This document shows positions 11,968 through 26,700 of a stretch of 64,000 nt of DNA, in pieces; positions within the stretch are counted from its first letter, which is position 1, and the number at the start of each line of letters is the position of its first letter. A model generated the notes under the pieces. It was not told where the DNA came from and made no database searches. It saw nothing but the letters and a program-made list of their open reading frames with translations. A program made the position numbers and the translations under genes. Source of the stretch: Auanema rhodensis (lineage: Eukaryota > Animalia > Nematoda); assembly GCA_964057225.1 (NCBI GenBank), contig OZ059894.1, forward strand, positions 558,001 through 622,000, given 5' to 3'.

Positions 11968-14900
11968 AATTTTGAAAACCGCATCTCTTTATCTTTCACG
12001 TGAAGCGAGTTACATACCAAGTGCACATCAGGTGTGCATTTAATTAGCATAAATTAAAGTTCACGTAATTTTCAAAGACATGGTTACCATGAACCAATAT
12101 CAATAAAAATTTGTTTTTAGACTAATATGGACATGGGGAATCCAATTTTGAAAACCGCATCTCTTCATCTTTCACGTGAAGCGAGTTACATACCAAGTGC
12201 ACATCACGTGTACATTTAATTAGCATAAATTAAAGTTCACGTAATTTTCAAAGACATGGTTACCATGAACCAATATCAATAAAAATTTGTTTTTAGACTA
12301 ATATGGACATGGGGAATCTAATTTTGAAAACCGCATCTCTTTATCTTTCACGTGAAGCGAGTTACATACCAAGTGCACATCACGTGTACATTTAATTAGC
12401 ATAAATTAAAGTTCACGTAAATTTCAAAGTCATGGTTACCATGAACCAATATCAATAAAAATTTGTTTTTAGACTAATATGGACATGGGGAATCTAATTT
12501 TGAAAACCGCATCTCTTTATCTTTCACGTGAAGCAAGTTACATACCAAGTGCACATCACGTGTACATTTAATTAGCATAAATTAAAGTTCACGTAAATTT
12601 CAAAGTCATGGTTACCATGCACCAATATCAATAAAAATTTGTTTTTAGACTAATATGGACATGGGGAATCTAATTTTGAAAACCGCATCTCTTTATCTTT
12701 CACGTGAAGCGAGTTACATACCAAGTGCACATCACGTGTACATTTAATTAGCATAAATTAAAGTTCACGTAAATTTCAAAGTCATGGTTACCATGAACCA
12801 ATATCAATAAAAATTTGTTTTTAGACTAATATGGACATGGGGAATCTAATTTTGAAAACCGCATCTCTTTATCTTTCACGTGAAGCGAGTTACATACCAA
12901 GTGCACATCACGTGTACATTTAATTAGCATAAATTGAAGTTCACGTAAATTTCAAAGTCATGGTTACCATGCACCAATATCAATAAAAATTCGTTTTTAG
13001 ACTAATATGGACATGGGGAATCTAATTTTGAAAACCGCATCTTTTTATCTTTCACGTGAAGCGAGTTACATACCAAGTGCACATCAGGTGTACATTTAAT
13101 TAGCATAAATTAAAGTTCACGTAAATTTCAAAGTCATGGTTACCATGCACCAATATCAATAAAAATTTGTTTTTAGACTAATATGGACATGGGGAATCTA
13201 ATTTTGAAAACCGCATCTCTTTATCTTTCACGTGAAGCGAGTTACATACCAAGTGCACATCACGTGTACATTTAATTAGCATAAATTAAAGTTCACGTAA
13301 ATTTCAAAGTCATGGTTACCATGAACCAATATCAATAAAAATTTGTTTTTAGACTAATATGGACATGGGGAATCTAATTTTGAAAACCGCATCTCTTTAT
13401 CTTTCACGTGAAGCAAGTTACATACCAAGTGCACATCACGTGTACATTTACATAGCATAATTTAAAGTTCACGTAAATTTCAAAGTCATGGTTACCATGC
13501 ACCAATATCAATAAAAATTTGTTTTTAGACTAATATGGACATGGGGAATCTAATTTTGAAAACCGCATCTCTTTATCTTTCACGTGAAGCAAGTTACATA
13601 CCAAGTGCACATCACGTGTACATTTAATTAGCATAAATTAAAGTTCACGTAAATTTCAAAGACATGGTTACCATGAACCAATATCAATAAAAATTTGTTT
13701 TTAGACTAATATGGACATGGGGAATCCAATTTTGAAAACCGCATCTCTTCATCTTTCACGTGAAGCGAGTTACATACCAAGTGCACATCACGTGTACATT
13801 TAATTAGCATAAATTAAAGTTCACGTAATTTTCAAAGACATGGTTACCATGAACCAATATCAATAAAAATTTGTTTTTAGACTAATATGGACATGGGGAA
13901 TCTAATTTTGAAAACCGCATCTCTTTATCTTTCACGTGAAGCGAGTTACATACCAAGTGCACATCAGGTGTGCATTTAATTAGCATAAATTAAAGTTCAC
14001 GTAATTTTCAAAGACATGGTTACCATGAACCAATATCAATAAAAATTTGTTTTTAGACTAATATGGACATGGGGAATCCAATTTTGAAAACCGCATCTCT
14101 TCATCTTTCACGTGAAGCGAGTTACATACCAAGTGCACATCACGTGTACATTTAATTAGCATAAATTAAAGTTCACGTAATTTTCAAAGACATGGTTACC
14201 ATGAACCAATATCAATAAAAATTTGTTTTTAGACTAATATGGACATGGGGAATCTAATTTTGAAAACCGCATCTCTTTATCTTTCACGTGAAGCGAGTTA
14301 CATACCAAGTGCACATCACGTGTACATTTAATTAGCATAAATTAAAGTTCACGTAAATTTCAAAGTCATGGTTACCATGAACCAATATCAATAAAAATTT
14401 GTTTTTAGACTAATATGGACATGGGGAATCTAATTTTGAAAACCGCATCTCTTTATCTTTCACGTGAAGCAAGTTACATACCAAGTGCACATCACGTGTA
14501 CATTTAATTAGCATAAATTAAAGTTCACGTAAATTTCAAAGTCATGGTTACCATGCACCAATATCAATAAAAATTTGTTTTTAGACTAATATGGACATGG
14601 GGAATCTAATTTTGAAAACCGCATCTCTTTATCTTTCACGTGAAGCGAGTTACATACCAAGTGCACATCACGTGTACATTTAATTAGCATAAATTAAAGT
14701 TCACGTAAATTTCAAAGTCATGGTTACCATGAACCAATATCAATAAAAATTTGTTTTTAGACTAATATGGACATGGGGAATCTAATTTTGAAAACCGCAT
14801 CTCTTTATCTTTCACGTGAAGCGAGTTACATACCAAGTGCACATCACGTGTACATTTAATTAGCATAAATTGAAGTTCACGTAAATTTCAAAGTCATGGT

Positions 14901-15590
14901 TACCATGCACCAATATCAATAAAAATTCGTTTTTAGACTAATATGGACATGGGGAATCTAATTTTGAAAACCGCATCTTTTTATCTTTCACGTGAAGCGA
15001 GTTACATACCAAGTGCACATCAGGTGTACATTTAATTAGCATAAATTAAAGTTCACGTAAATTTCAAAGTCATGGTTACCATGCACCAATATCAATAAAA
15101 ATTTGTTTTTAGACTAATATGGACATGGGGAATCTAATTTTGAAAACCGCATCTCTTTATCTTTCACGTGAAGCGAGTTACATACCAAGTGCACATCACG
15201 TGTACATTTAATTAGCATAAATTAAAGTTCACGTAAATTTCAAAGTCATGGTTACCATGAACCAATATCAATAAAAATTTGTTTTTAGACTAATATGGAC
15301 ATGGGGAATCTAATTTTGAAAACCGCATCTCTTTATCTTTCACGTGAAGCAAGTTACATACCAAGTGCACATCACGTGTACATTTACATAGCATAATTTA
15401 AAGTTCACGTAAATTTCAAAGTCATGGTTACCATGCACCAATATCAATAAAAATTTGTTTTTAGACTAATATGGACATGGGGAATCTAATTTTGAAAACC
15501 GCATCTCTTTATCTTTCACGTGAAGCAAGTTACATACCAAGTGCACATCACGTGTACATTTAATTAGCATAAATTAAAGTTCACGTAAAT
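11968..15590. repeat. 11-monomer (1936-bp) higher-order duplication, with a partial third copy upstream near 10913-11300
   Basis: TTGAAG (with linked AATTCG, CTTTTT, CAGGTG) at 11001/12936/14872; TTTACATAG at 13451/15387; CAGGTGTGC ~12031/13967. Confidence 0.85.
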
Positions 15591-17775
15591 TTCAAAGTCA
15601 TGGTTACCATGCACCAATATCAATAAAAATTTGTTTTTAGACTAATATGGACATGGGGAATCTAATTTTGGAAACCGCATCTCTTTATCTTTCACGTGAA
15701 GCGAGTTACATACCAAGTGCACATCACGTGTACATTTAATTAGCATAAATTAAAGTTCACGTAAATTTCAAAGTCATGGTTACCATGCACCAATATCAAT
15801 AACAATTTGTTTTTGGACTAATATGGACATGGGGAATCTAATTTTGAAAACCGCATCTCTTTATCTTTCACGTGAAGCAAGTTACATACCAAGTGCACAT
15901 CACGTGTACATTTAATTAGCATAAATTAAAGTTCACGTAAATTTCAAAGTCATAGTTACCATGCACCAATATCAATAAAAATTTGTTTTTAGACTAATAT
16001 GGACATGGGGAATCTAATTTTGAAAACCGCATCTCTTTATCTTTCACGTGAAGCAAGTTACATACCAAGTGCACATCACGTGTACATTTACATAGCATAA
16101 TTTAAAGTTCACGTAAATTTCAAAGTCATGGTTACCATGCACCAATATCAATAAAAATTTGTTTTTAGACTAATATGGACATGGGGAATCTAATTTTGAA
16201 AACCGCATCTCTTTATCTTTCACGTGAAGCGAGTTACATACCAAGTGCACATCACGTGTACATTTAATTAGCATAAATTAAAGTTCACGTAAATTTCAAA
16301 GTCATGGTTACCATGCACCAATATCAATAAAAATTTGTTTTTAGACTAATATGGACATGGGGAATCTAATTTTGAAAACCGCATCTCTTTATCTTTCACG
16401 TGAAGCGAGTTACATACCAAGTGCTCATCACGTGTACATTTAATTAGCATAAATTGAAGTTCACGTAAATTTCAAAGTCATGGTTACCATGCACCAATAT
16501 CAATAAAAATTTGTTTTTAGACTAATATGGACATGGGGAATCTAATTTTGAAAACCGCATCTCTTTATCTTTCACGTGAAGCGAGTTACATACCAAGTGC
16601 ACATCACGTGTACATTTAATTAGCATAAATTAAAGTTCACGTAAATTTCAAAGTCATGGTTACCATGAACCAATATCAATAAAAATTTGTTTTTAGACTA
16701 ATATGGACATGGGGAATCTAATTTTGAAAACCGCATCTCTTTATCTTTCACGTGAAGCAAGTTACATACCAAGTGCACATCACGTGTACATTTAATTAGC
16801 ATAAATTAAAGTTCACGTAAATTTCAAAGTCATGGTTACCATGAACCAATATCAATAAAAATTTGTTTTTAGACTAATATGGACATGGGGAATCTAATTT
16901 TGAAAACCGCATCTCTTTATCTTTCACGTGAAGCAAGTTACATACAAAGTGCACATCACGTGTACATTTAATTAGCATAAATTAAAGTTCACGTAAATTT
17001 CAAAGTCATGGTTACCATGCACCAATATCGATAAAAATTTGTTTTTAGACTAATATGGACATGGGGAATCTAATTTTGAAAATCGCATCTCTTTATCTTT
17101 CACGTGAAGCGAGTTACATACCAAGTGCAAATCACGTGTACATTTAATTAGCATAAATTAAAGTTCACGTAAATTTCAAAGTCATGGTTACCATGAACCA
17201 ATATCAATAAAAATTTGTTTTTAGACTAATATGGACATGGGGAATCTAATTTTGAAAACCGCATCTCTTTATCTTTCACGTGAAGCGAGTTACATACCAA
17301 GTGCACATCACGTGTACATTTAATTAGCATAAATTAAAGTTCACGTAAATTTCAAAGTCATGGTTACCATGCACCAATATCAATAAAAATTTGTTTTTAG
17401 ACTAATATGGACATGGGGAATCTAATTTTGAAAACCGCATCGCTTTATCTTTCACGTGAAGCGAGTTACATACCAAGTGCACATCACGTGTACATTTAAT
17501 TAGCATAAATTAAAATTCACGTAATTTTCAAAGACATGGTTACCATGAACCAATATCAATAAAAATTTGTTTTTAGACTAATATGGACATGGGGAATCTA
17601 ATTTTGAAAACCGCATCTCTTTATCTTTCACGTGGAGCAAGTTACATACCAAGTGCACATCACGTGTACATTTAATTAGCATAAATTAAAGTTCACGTAA
17701 ATTTCAAAGTCATGGTTACCATGCACCAATATCAATAAAAATTTGTTTTTAGACTAATATGGACATGGGGAATAT

Positions 17776-20700
17776 AATTTTGAAAACCGCATCTCTTTAT
17801 CTTTCACGTGAAGCTAGTTACATACCAAGTGCACATCACGTGTACATTTAATTAGCATAAATTGAAGTTCACGTAAATTTCAAAGTCATGGTTACCATGC
17901 ACCAATATCAATAACAATTTGTTTTAGACTAATATGGACATGGGGAATCTAATTTTGAAAACCGCATCTCTTTATCTCTCACGTGAAGCGAGTTACATAC
18001 CAAGTGCACATCACGTGTACATTTAATTAGCATAAATTAAAGTTCACGTAAATTTCAAAGTCATGGTTACCATGAACCAATATCAATAAAAATTTGTTTT
18101 TAGACTAATATGGACATGGGGAATCTAATTTTGAAAACCGCATCTCTTTATCTTTCACGTGAAGCAAGTTACATACCAAGTGCACATCACGTCTACATTT
18201 AATTAGCATAAATTAAAGTTCACGTAAATTTCAAAGTCATGGTTACCATGCACCAATATCAATAAAAATTTGTTTTTAGACTAATATGGACATGGGGAAT
18301 CTAATTTTGAAAACCGCATCTCTTTATCTTTCACGTGAAGCAAGTTACATACCAAGTGCACATCACGTCTACATTTAATTAGCATAAATTAAAGTTCACG
18401 TAAATTTCAAAGTCATGGTTACCATGCACCAATATCAATAAAAATTTGTTTTTAGACTAATATGGACATGGGGAATCTAATTTTGAAAACCGCATCTCTT
18501 TATCTTTCACGTGAAGCAAGTTACATACCAAGTGCACATCACGTCTACATTTAATTAGCATAAATTAAAGTTCACGTAAATTTCAAAGTCATGGTTACCA
18601 TGCACCAATATCAATAAAAATTTGTTTTTAGACTAATATGGACATGGGGAATCTAATTTTGAAAACCGCATCTCTTTATCTTTCACGTGAAGCGAGTTAC
18701 ATACCAAGTGCACATCACGTGTACATTTAATTAGCATAAATTAAAGTTCACGTAAATTTCAAAGTCATAGTTACCATGAACCAATATCAATAAAAATTTG
18801 TTTTTAGACTAATATGGACATGGGGAATCTAATTTTGAAAACCGCATCTCTTTATCTTTCACGTGAAGCAAGTTGCATACCAAGTGCACATCACGTGTAC
18901 ATTTAATTAGCATAAATTAAAGTTCACGTAAATTTCAAAGTCATGGTTACCATGAACCAATATCAATAAAAATTTGTTTTTAGACTAATATGGACATGGG
19001 GAATCTAATTTTGAAAACCGCATCTCTTTATCTTTCACGTGAAGCAAGTTACATACAAAGTGCACATCACGTGTACATTTAATTAGCATAAATTAAAGTT
19101 CACGTAAATTTCAAAGTCATGGTTACCATGCACCAATATCGATAAAAATTTGTTTTTAGACTAATATGGACATGGGGAATCTAATTTTGAAAATCGCATC
19201 TCTTTATCTTTCACGTGAAGCGAGTTACATACCAAGTGCACATCACGTGTACATTTAATTAGCATAAATTAAAGTTCACGTAAATTTCAAAGTCATGGTT
19301 ACCATGAACCAATATCAATAAAAATTTGTTTTTAGACTAATATGGACATGGGGAATCTAATTTTGAAAACCGCATCTCTTTATCTTTCACGTGAAGCGAG
19401 TTACATACCAAGTGCACATCACGTGTACATTTAATTAGCATAAATTAAAGTTCACGTAAATTTCAAAGTCATGGTTACCATGCACCAATATCAATAAAAA
19501 TTTGTTTTTAGACTAATTTGGACATGGGGAATCTAATTTTGAAAACCGCATCTCTTTATCTTTCACGTGAAGCAAGTTACATACCAAGTGCACATCACGT
19601 GTACATTTAATTAGCATAATTTAAAGTTCACGTAAATTTCAAAGTCATGGTTACCATGCACCAATATCAATAAAAATTTGTTTTTAGACTAATATGGACA
19701 TGGGGAATCTAATTTTGAAAACCGCATCTCTTTATCTTTCACGTGAAGCGAGTTACATACCAAGTGCACATCACGTGTACATTTAATTAGCATAAATTAA
19801 AGTTCACGTAAATTTCAAAGTCATGGTTACCATGCACCAATATCAATAAAAATTTGTTTTTAGACTAATATGGACATGGGGAATCTAATTTTAAAAACCG
19901 CATCTCTTTATCTTTCACGTGAAGCGAGTTACATACCAAGTGCACATCACGTCTACATTTAATTAGCATAAATTAAAGTTCACGTAAATTTCAAAGTCAT
20001 GGTTACCATGAACCAATATCAATAAAAATTTGTTTTTAGACTAATATGGACATGGGGAATCTAATTTTGAAAACCGCATCTCTTTATCTTTCACGTGAAG
20101 CAAGTTACATACCAAGTGCACATCACGTGTACATTTAATTAGCATAAATTAAAGTTCACGTAAATTTCAAAGTCATGGTTACCATGAACCAATATCAATA
20201 AAAATTTGTTTTTAGACTAATATGGACATGGGGAATCTAATTTTGAAAACCGCATCTCTTTATCTTTCACGTGAAGCAAGTTACATACAAAGTGCACATC
20301 ACGTGTACATTTAATTAGCATAAATTAAAGTTCACGTAAATTTCAAAGTCATGGTTACCATGCACCAATATCGATAAAAATTTGTTTTTAGACTAATATG
20401 GACATGGGGAATCTAATTTTGAAAATCGCATCTCTTTATCTTTCACGTGAAGCGAGTTACATACCAAGTGCAAATCACGTGTACATTTAATTAGCATAAA
20501 TTAAAGTTCACGTAAATTTCAAAGTCATGGTTACCATGAACCAATATCAATAAAAATTTGTTTTTAGACTAATATGGACATGGGGAATCTAATTTTGAAA
20601 ACCGCATCTCTTTATCTTTCACGTGAAGCGAGTTACATACCAAGTGCACATCACGTCTACATTTAATTAGCATAAATTAAAGTTCACGTAAATTTCAAAG

Positions 20701-23700
20701 TCATGGTTACCATGCACCAATATCAATAAAAATTTGTTTTTAGACTAATATGGACATGGGGAATCTAATTTTGAAAACCGCATCTCTTTATCTTTCACGT
20801 GAAGCGAGTTACATACCAAGTGCACATCACGTGTACATTTAATTAGCATAAATTAAAGTTCACGTAAATTTCAAAGTCATAGTTACCATGAACCAATATC
20901 AATAAAAATTTGTTTTTAGACTAATATGGACATGGGGAATCTAATTTTGAAAACCGCATCTCTTTATCTTTCACGTGAAGCAAGTTGCATACCAAGTGCA
21001 CATCACGTGTACATTTAATTAGCATAAATTAAAGTTCACGTAAATTTCAAAGTCATGGTTACCATGAACCAATATCAATAAAAATTTGTTTTTAGACTAA
21101 TATGGACATGGGGAATCTAATTTTGAAAACCGCATCTCTTTATCTTTCACGTGAAGCAAGTTACATACAAAGTGCACATCACGTGTACATTTAATTAGCA
21201 TAAATTAAAGTTCACGTAAATTTCAAAGTCATGGTTACCATGCACCAATATCGATAAAAATTTGTTTTTAGACTAATATGGACATGGGGAATCTAATTTT
21301 GAAAACCGCATCTCTTTATCTTTCACGTGAAGCTAGTTACATACCAAGTGCACATCACGTGTACATTTAATTAGCATAAATTGAAGTTCACGTAAATTTC
21401 AAAGTCATGGTTACCATGCACCAATATCAATAACAATTTGTTTTAGACTAATATGGACATGGGGAATCTAATTTTGGAAACCGCATCTCTTTATCTCTCA
21501 CGTGAAGCGAGTTACATACCAAGTGCACATCACGTGTACATTTAATTAGCATAAATTAAAGTTCACGTAAATTTCAAAGTCATGGTTACCATGAACCAAT
21601 ATCAATAAAAATTTGTTTTTAGACTAATATGGACATGGGGAATCTAATTTTGAAAACCGCATCTCTTTATCTTTCACGTGAAGCAAGTTACATACCAAGT
21701 GCACATCACGTCTACATTTAATTAGCATAAATTAAAGTTCACGTAAATTTCAAAGTCATGGTTACCATGCACCAATATCAATAAAAATTTGTTTTTAGAC
21801 TAATATGGACATGGGGAATCTAATTTTGAAAACCGCATCTCTTTATCTTTCACGTGAAGCAAGTTACATACCAAGTGCACATCACGTCTACATTTAATTA
21901 GCATAAATTAAAGTTCACGTAAATTTCAAAGTCATGGTTACCATGCACCAATATCAATAAAAATTTGTTTTTAGACTAATATGGACATGGGGAATCTAAT
22001 TTTGAAAACCGCATCTCTTTATCTTTCACGTGAAGCAAGTTACATACCAAGTGCACATCACGTCTACATTTAATTAGCATAAATTAAAGTTCACGTAAAT
22101 TTCAAAGTCATGGTTACCATGCACCAATATCAATAAAAATTTGTTTTTAGACTAATATGGACATGGGGAATCTAATTTTGAAAACCGCATCTCTTTATCT
22201 TTCACGTGAAGCGAGTTACATACCAAGTGCACATCACGTGTACATTTAATTAGCATAAATTAAAGTTCACGTAAATTTCAAAGTCATAGTTACCATGAAC
22301 CAATATCAATAAAAATTTGTTTTTAGACTAATATGGACATGGGGAATCTAATTTTGAAAACCGCATCTCTTTATCTTTCACGTGAAGCAAGTTGCATACC
22401 AAGTGCACATCACGTGTACATTTAATTAGCATAAATTAAAGTTCACGTAAATTTCAAAGTCATGGTTACCATGAACCAATATCAATAAAAATTTGTTTTT
22501 AGACTAATATGGACATGGGGAATCTAATTTTGAAAACCGCATCTCTTTATCTTTCACGTGAAGCAAGTTACATACAAAGTGCACATCACGTGTACATTTA
22601 ATTAGCATAAATTAAAGTTCACGTAAATTTCAAAGTCATGGTTACCATGCACCAATATCGATAAAAATTTGTTTTTAGACTAATATGGACATGGGGAATC
22701 TAATTTTGAAAATCGCATCTCTTTATCTTTCACGTGAAGCGAGTTACATACCAAGTGCACATCACGTGTACATTTAATTAGCATAAATTAAAGTTCACGT
22801 AAATTTCAAAGTCATGGTTACCATGAACCAATATCAATAAAAATTTGTTTTTAGACTAATATGGACATGGGGAATCTAATTTTGAAAACCGCATCTCTTT
22901 ATCTTTCACGTGAAGCGAGTTACATACCAAGTGCACATCACGTGTACATTTAATTAGCATAAATTAAAGTTCACGTAAATTTCAAAGTCATGGTTACCAT
23001 GCACCAATATCAATAAAAATTTGTTTTTAGACTAATTTGGACATGGGGAATCTAATTTTGAAAACCGCATCTCTTTATCTTTCACGTGAAGCAAGTTACA
23101 TACCAAGTGCACATCACGTGTACATTTAATTAGCATAATTTAAAGTTCACGTAAATTTCAAAGTCATGGTTACCATGCACCAATATCAATAAAAATTTGT
23201 TTTTAGACTAATATGGACATGGGGAATCTAATTTTGAAAACCGCATCTCTTTATCTTTCACGTGAAGCGAGTTACATACCAAGTGCACATCACGTGTACA
23301 TTTAATTAGCATAAATTAAAGTTCACGTAAATTTCAAAGTCATGGTTACCATGCACCAATATCAATAAAAATTTGTTTTTAGACTAATATGGACATGGGG
23401 AATCTAATTTTAAAAACCGCATCTCTTTATCTTTCACGTGAAGCGAGTTACATACCAAGTGCTCATCACGTGTACATTTAATTAGCATAAATTGAAGTTC
23501 ACGTAAATTTCAAAGTCATGGTTACCATGCACCAATATCAATAACAATTTGTTTTTGGACTAATATGGACATGGGGAATCTAATTTTGAAAACCGCATCT
23601 CTTTATCTTTCACGTGAAGCGAGTTACATACCAAGTGCACATCACGTGTACATTTAATTAGCATAAATTAAAGTTCACGTAAATTTCAAAGTCATGGTTA

Positions 23701-26700
23701 CCATGCACCAATATCAATAAAAATTTGTTTTTAGACTAATATGGACATGGGGAATCTAATTTTGAAAACCGCATCTCTTTATCTTTCACGTGAAGCTAGT
23801 TACATACCAAGTGCACATCACGTGTACATTTAATTAGCATAAATTGAAGTTCACGTAAATTTCAAAGTCATGGTTACCATGAACCAATATCAATAAAAAT
23901 TTGTTTTTAGACTAATATGGACATGGGGAATCTAATTTTGAAAACCGCATCTCTTTATCTTTCACGTGAAGCAAGTTACATACCAAGTGCACATCACGTG
24001 TACATTTAATTAGCATAAATTAAAGTTCACGTAAATTTCAAAGTCATGGTTACCATGAACCAATATCAATAAAAATTTGTTTTTAGACTAATATGGACAT
24101 GGGGAATCTAATTTTGAAAACCGCATCTCTTTATCTTTCACGTGAAGCAAGTTACATACAAAGTGCACATCACGTGTACATTTAATTAGCATAAATTAAA
24201 GTTCACGTAAATTTCAAAGTCATGGTTACCATGCACCAATATCGATAAAAATTTGTTTTTAGACTAATATGGACATGGGGAATCTAATTTTGAAAATCGC
24301 ATCTCTTTATCTTTCACGTGAAGCGAGTTACATACCAAGTGCACATCACGTGTACATTTAATTAGCATAAATTAAAGTTCACGTAAATTTCAAAGTCATG
24401 GCTACCATGAACCAATATCAATAAAAATTTGTTTTTAGACTAATATGGACATGGGGAATCTAATTTTGAAAACCGCATCTCTTTATCTTTCACGTGAAGC
24501 GAGTTACATACCAAGTGCACATCACGTGTACATTTAATTAGCATAAATTAAAGTTCACGTAAATTTCAAAGTCATGGTTACCATGCACCAATATCAATAA
24601 AAATTTGTTTTTAGACTAATATGGACATGGGGAATCTAATTTTGAAAACCGCATCGCTTTATCTTTCACGTGAAGCGAGTTACATACCAAGTGCACATCA
24701 CGTGTACATTTAATTAGCATAAATTAAAATTCACGTAAATTTCAAAGTCATGGTTACCATGAACCAATATCAATAAAAATTTGTTTTTAGACTAATATGG
24801 ACATGGGGAATCTAATTTTGAAAACCGCATCTCTTTATCTTTCACGTGAAGCAAGTTACATACAAAGTGCACATCACGTGTACATTTAATTAGCATAAAT
24901 TAAAGTTCACGTAAATTTCAAAGTCATGGTTACCATGCACCAATATCGATAAAAATTTGTTTTTAGACTAATATGGACATGGGGAATCTAATTTTGAAAA
25001 CCGCATCTCTTTATCTTTCACGTGAAGCTAGTTACATACCAAGTGCACATCACGTGTACATTTAATTAGCATAAATTGAAGTTCACGTAAATTTCAAAGT
25101 CATGGTTACCATGCACCAATATCAATAACAATTTGTTTTAGACTAATATGGACATGGGGAATCTAATTTTGAAAACCGCATCTCTTTATCTCTCACGTGA
25201 AGCGAGTTACATACCAAGTGCACATCACGTGTACATTTAATTAGCATAAATTAAAGTTCACGTAAATTTCAAAGTCATGGTTACCATGAACCAATATCAA
25301 TAAAAATTTGTTTTTAGACTAATATGGACATGGGGAATCTAATTTTGAAAACCGCATCTCTTTATCTTTCACGTGAAGCAAGTTACATACCAAGTGCACA
25401 TCACGTCTACATTTAATTAGCATAAATTAAAGTTCACGTAAATTTCAAAGTCATGGTTACCATGCACCAATATCAATAAAAATTTGTTTTTAGACTAATA
25501 TGGACATGGGGAATCTAATTTTGAAAACCGCATCTCTTTATCTTTCACGTGAAGCAAGTTACATACCAAGTGCACATCACGTCTACATTTAATTAGCATA
25601 AATTAAAGTTCACGTAAATTTCAAAGTCATGGTTACCATGCACCAATATCAATAAAAATTTGTTTTTAGACTAATATGGACATGGGGAATCTAATTTTGA
25701 AAACCGCATCTCTTTATCTTTCACGTGAAGCAAGTTACATACCAAGTGCACATCACGTCTACATTTAATTAGCATAAATTAAAGTTCACGTAAATTTCAA
25801 AGTCATGGTTACCATGCACCAATATCAATAAAAATTTGTTTTTAGACTAATATGGACATGGGGAATCTAATTTTGAAAACCGCATCTCTTTATCTTTCAC
25901 GTGAAGCGAGTTACATACCAAGTGCACATCACGTGTACATTTAATTAGCATAAATTAAAGTTCACGTAAATTTCAAAGTCATAGTTACCATGAACCAATA
26001 TCAATAAAAATTTGTTTTTAGACTAATATGGACATGGGGAATCTAATTTTGAAAACCGCATCTCTTTATCTTTCACGTGAAGCAAGTTGCATACCAAGTG
26101 CACATCACGTGTACATTTAATTAGCATAAATTAAAGTTCACGTAAATTTCAAAGTCATGGTTACCATGAACCAATATCAATAAAAATTTGTTTTTAGACT
26201 AATATGGACATGGGGAATCTAATTTTGAAAACCGCATCTCTTTATCTTTCACGTGAAGCAAGTTACATACAAAGTGCACATCACGTGTACATTTAATTAG
26301 CATAAATTAAAGTTCACGTAAATTTCAAAGTCATGGTTACCATGCACCAATATCGATAAAAATTTGTTTTTAGACTAATATGGACATGGGGAATCTAATT
26401 TTGAAAATCGCATCTCTTTATCTTTCACGTGAAGCGAGTTACATACCAAGTGCACATCACGTGTACATTTAATTAGCATAAATTAAAGTTCACGTAAATT
26501 TCAAAGTCATGGTTACCATGAACCAATATCAATAAAAATTTGTTTTTAGACTAATATGGACATGGGGAATCTAATTTTGAAAACCGCATCTCTTTATCTT
26601 TCACGTGAAGCGAGTTACATACCAAGTGCACATCACGTGTACATTTAATTAGCATAAATTAAAGTTCACGTAAATTTCAAAGTCATGGTTACCATGCACC

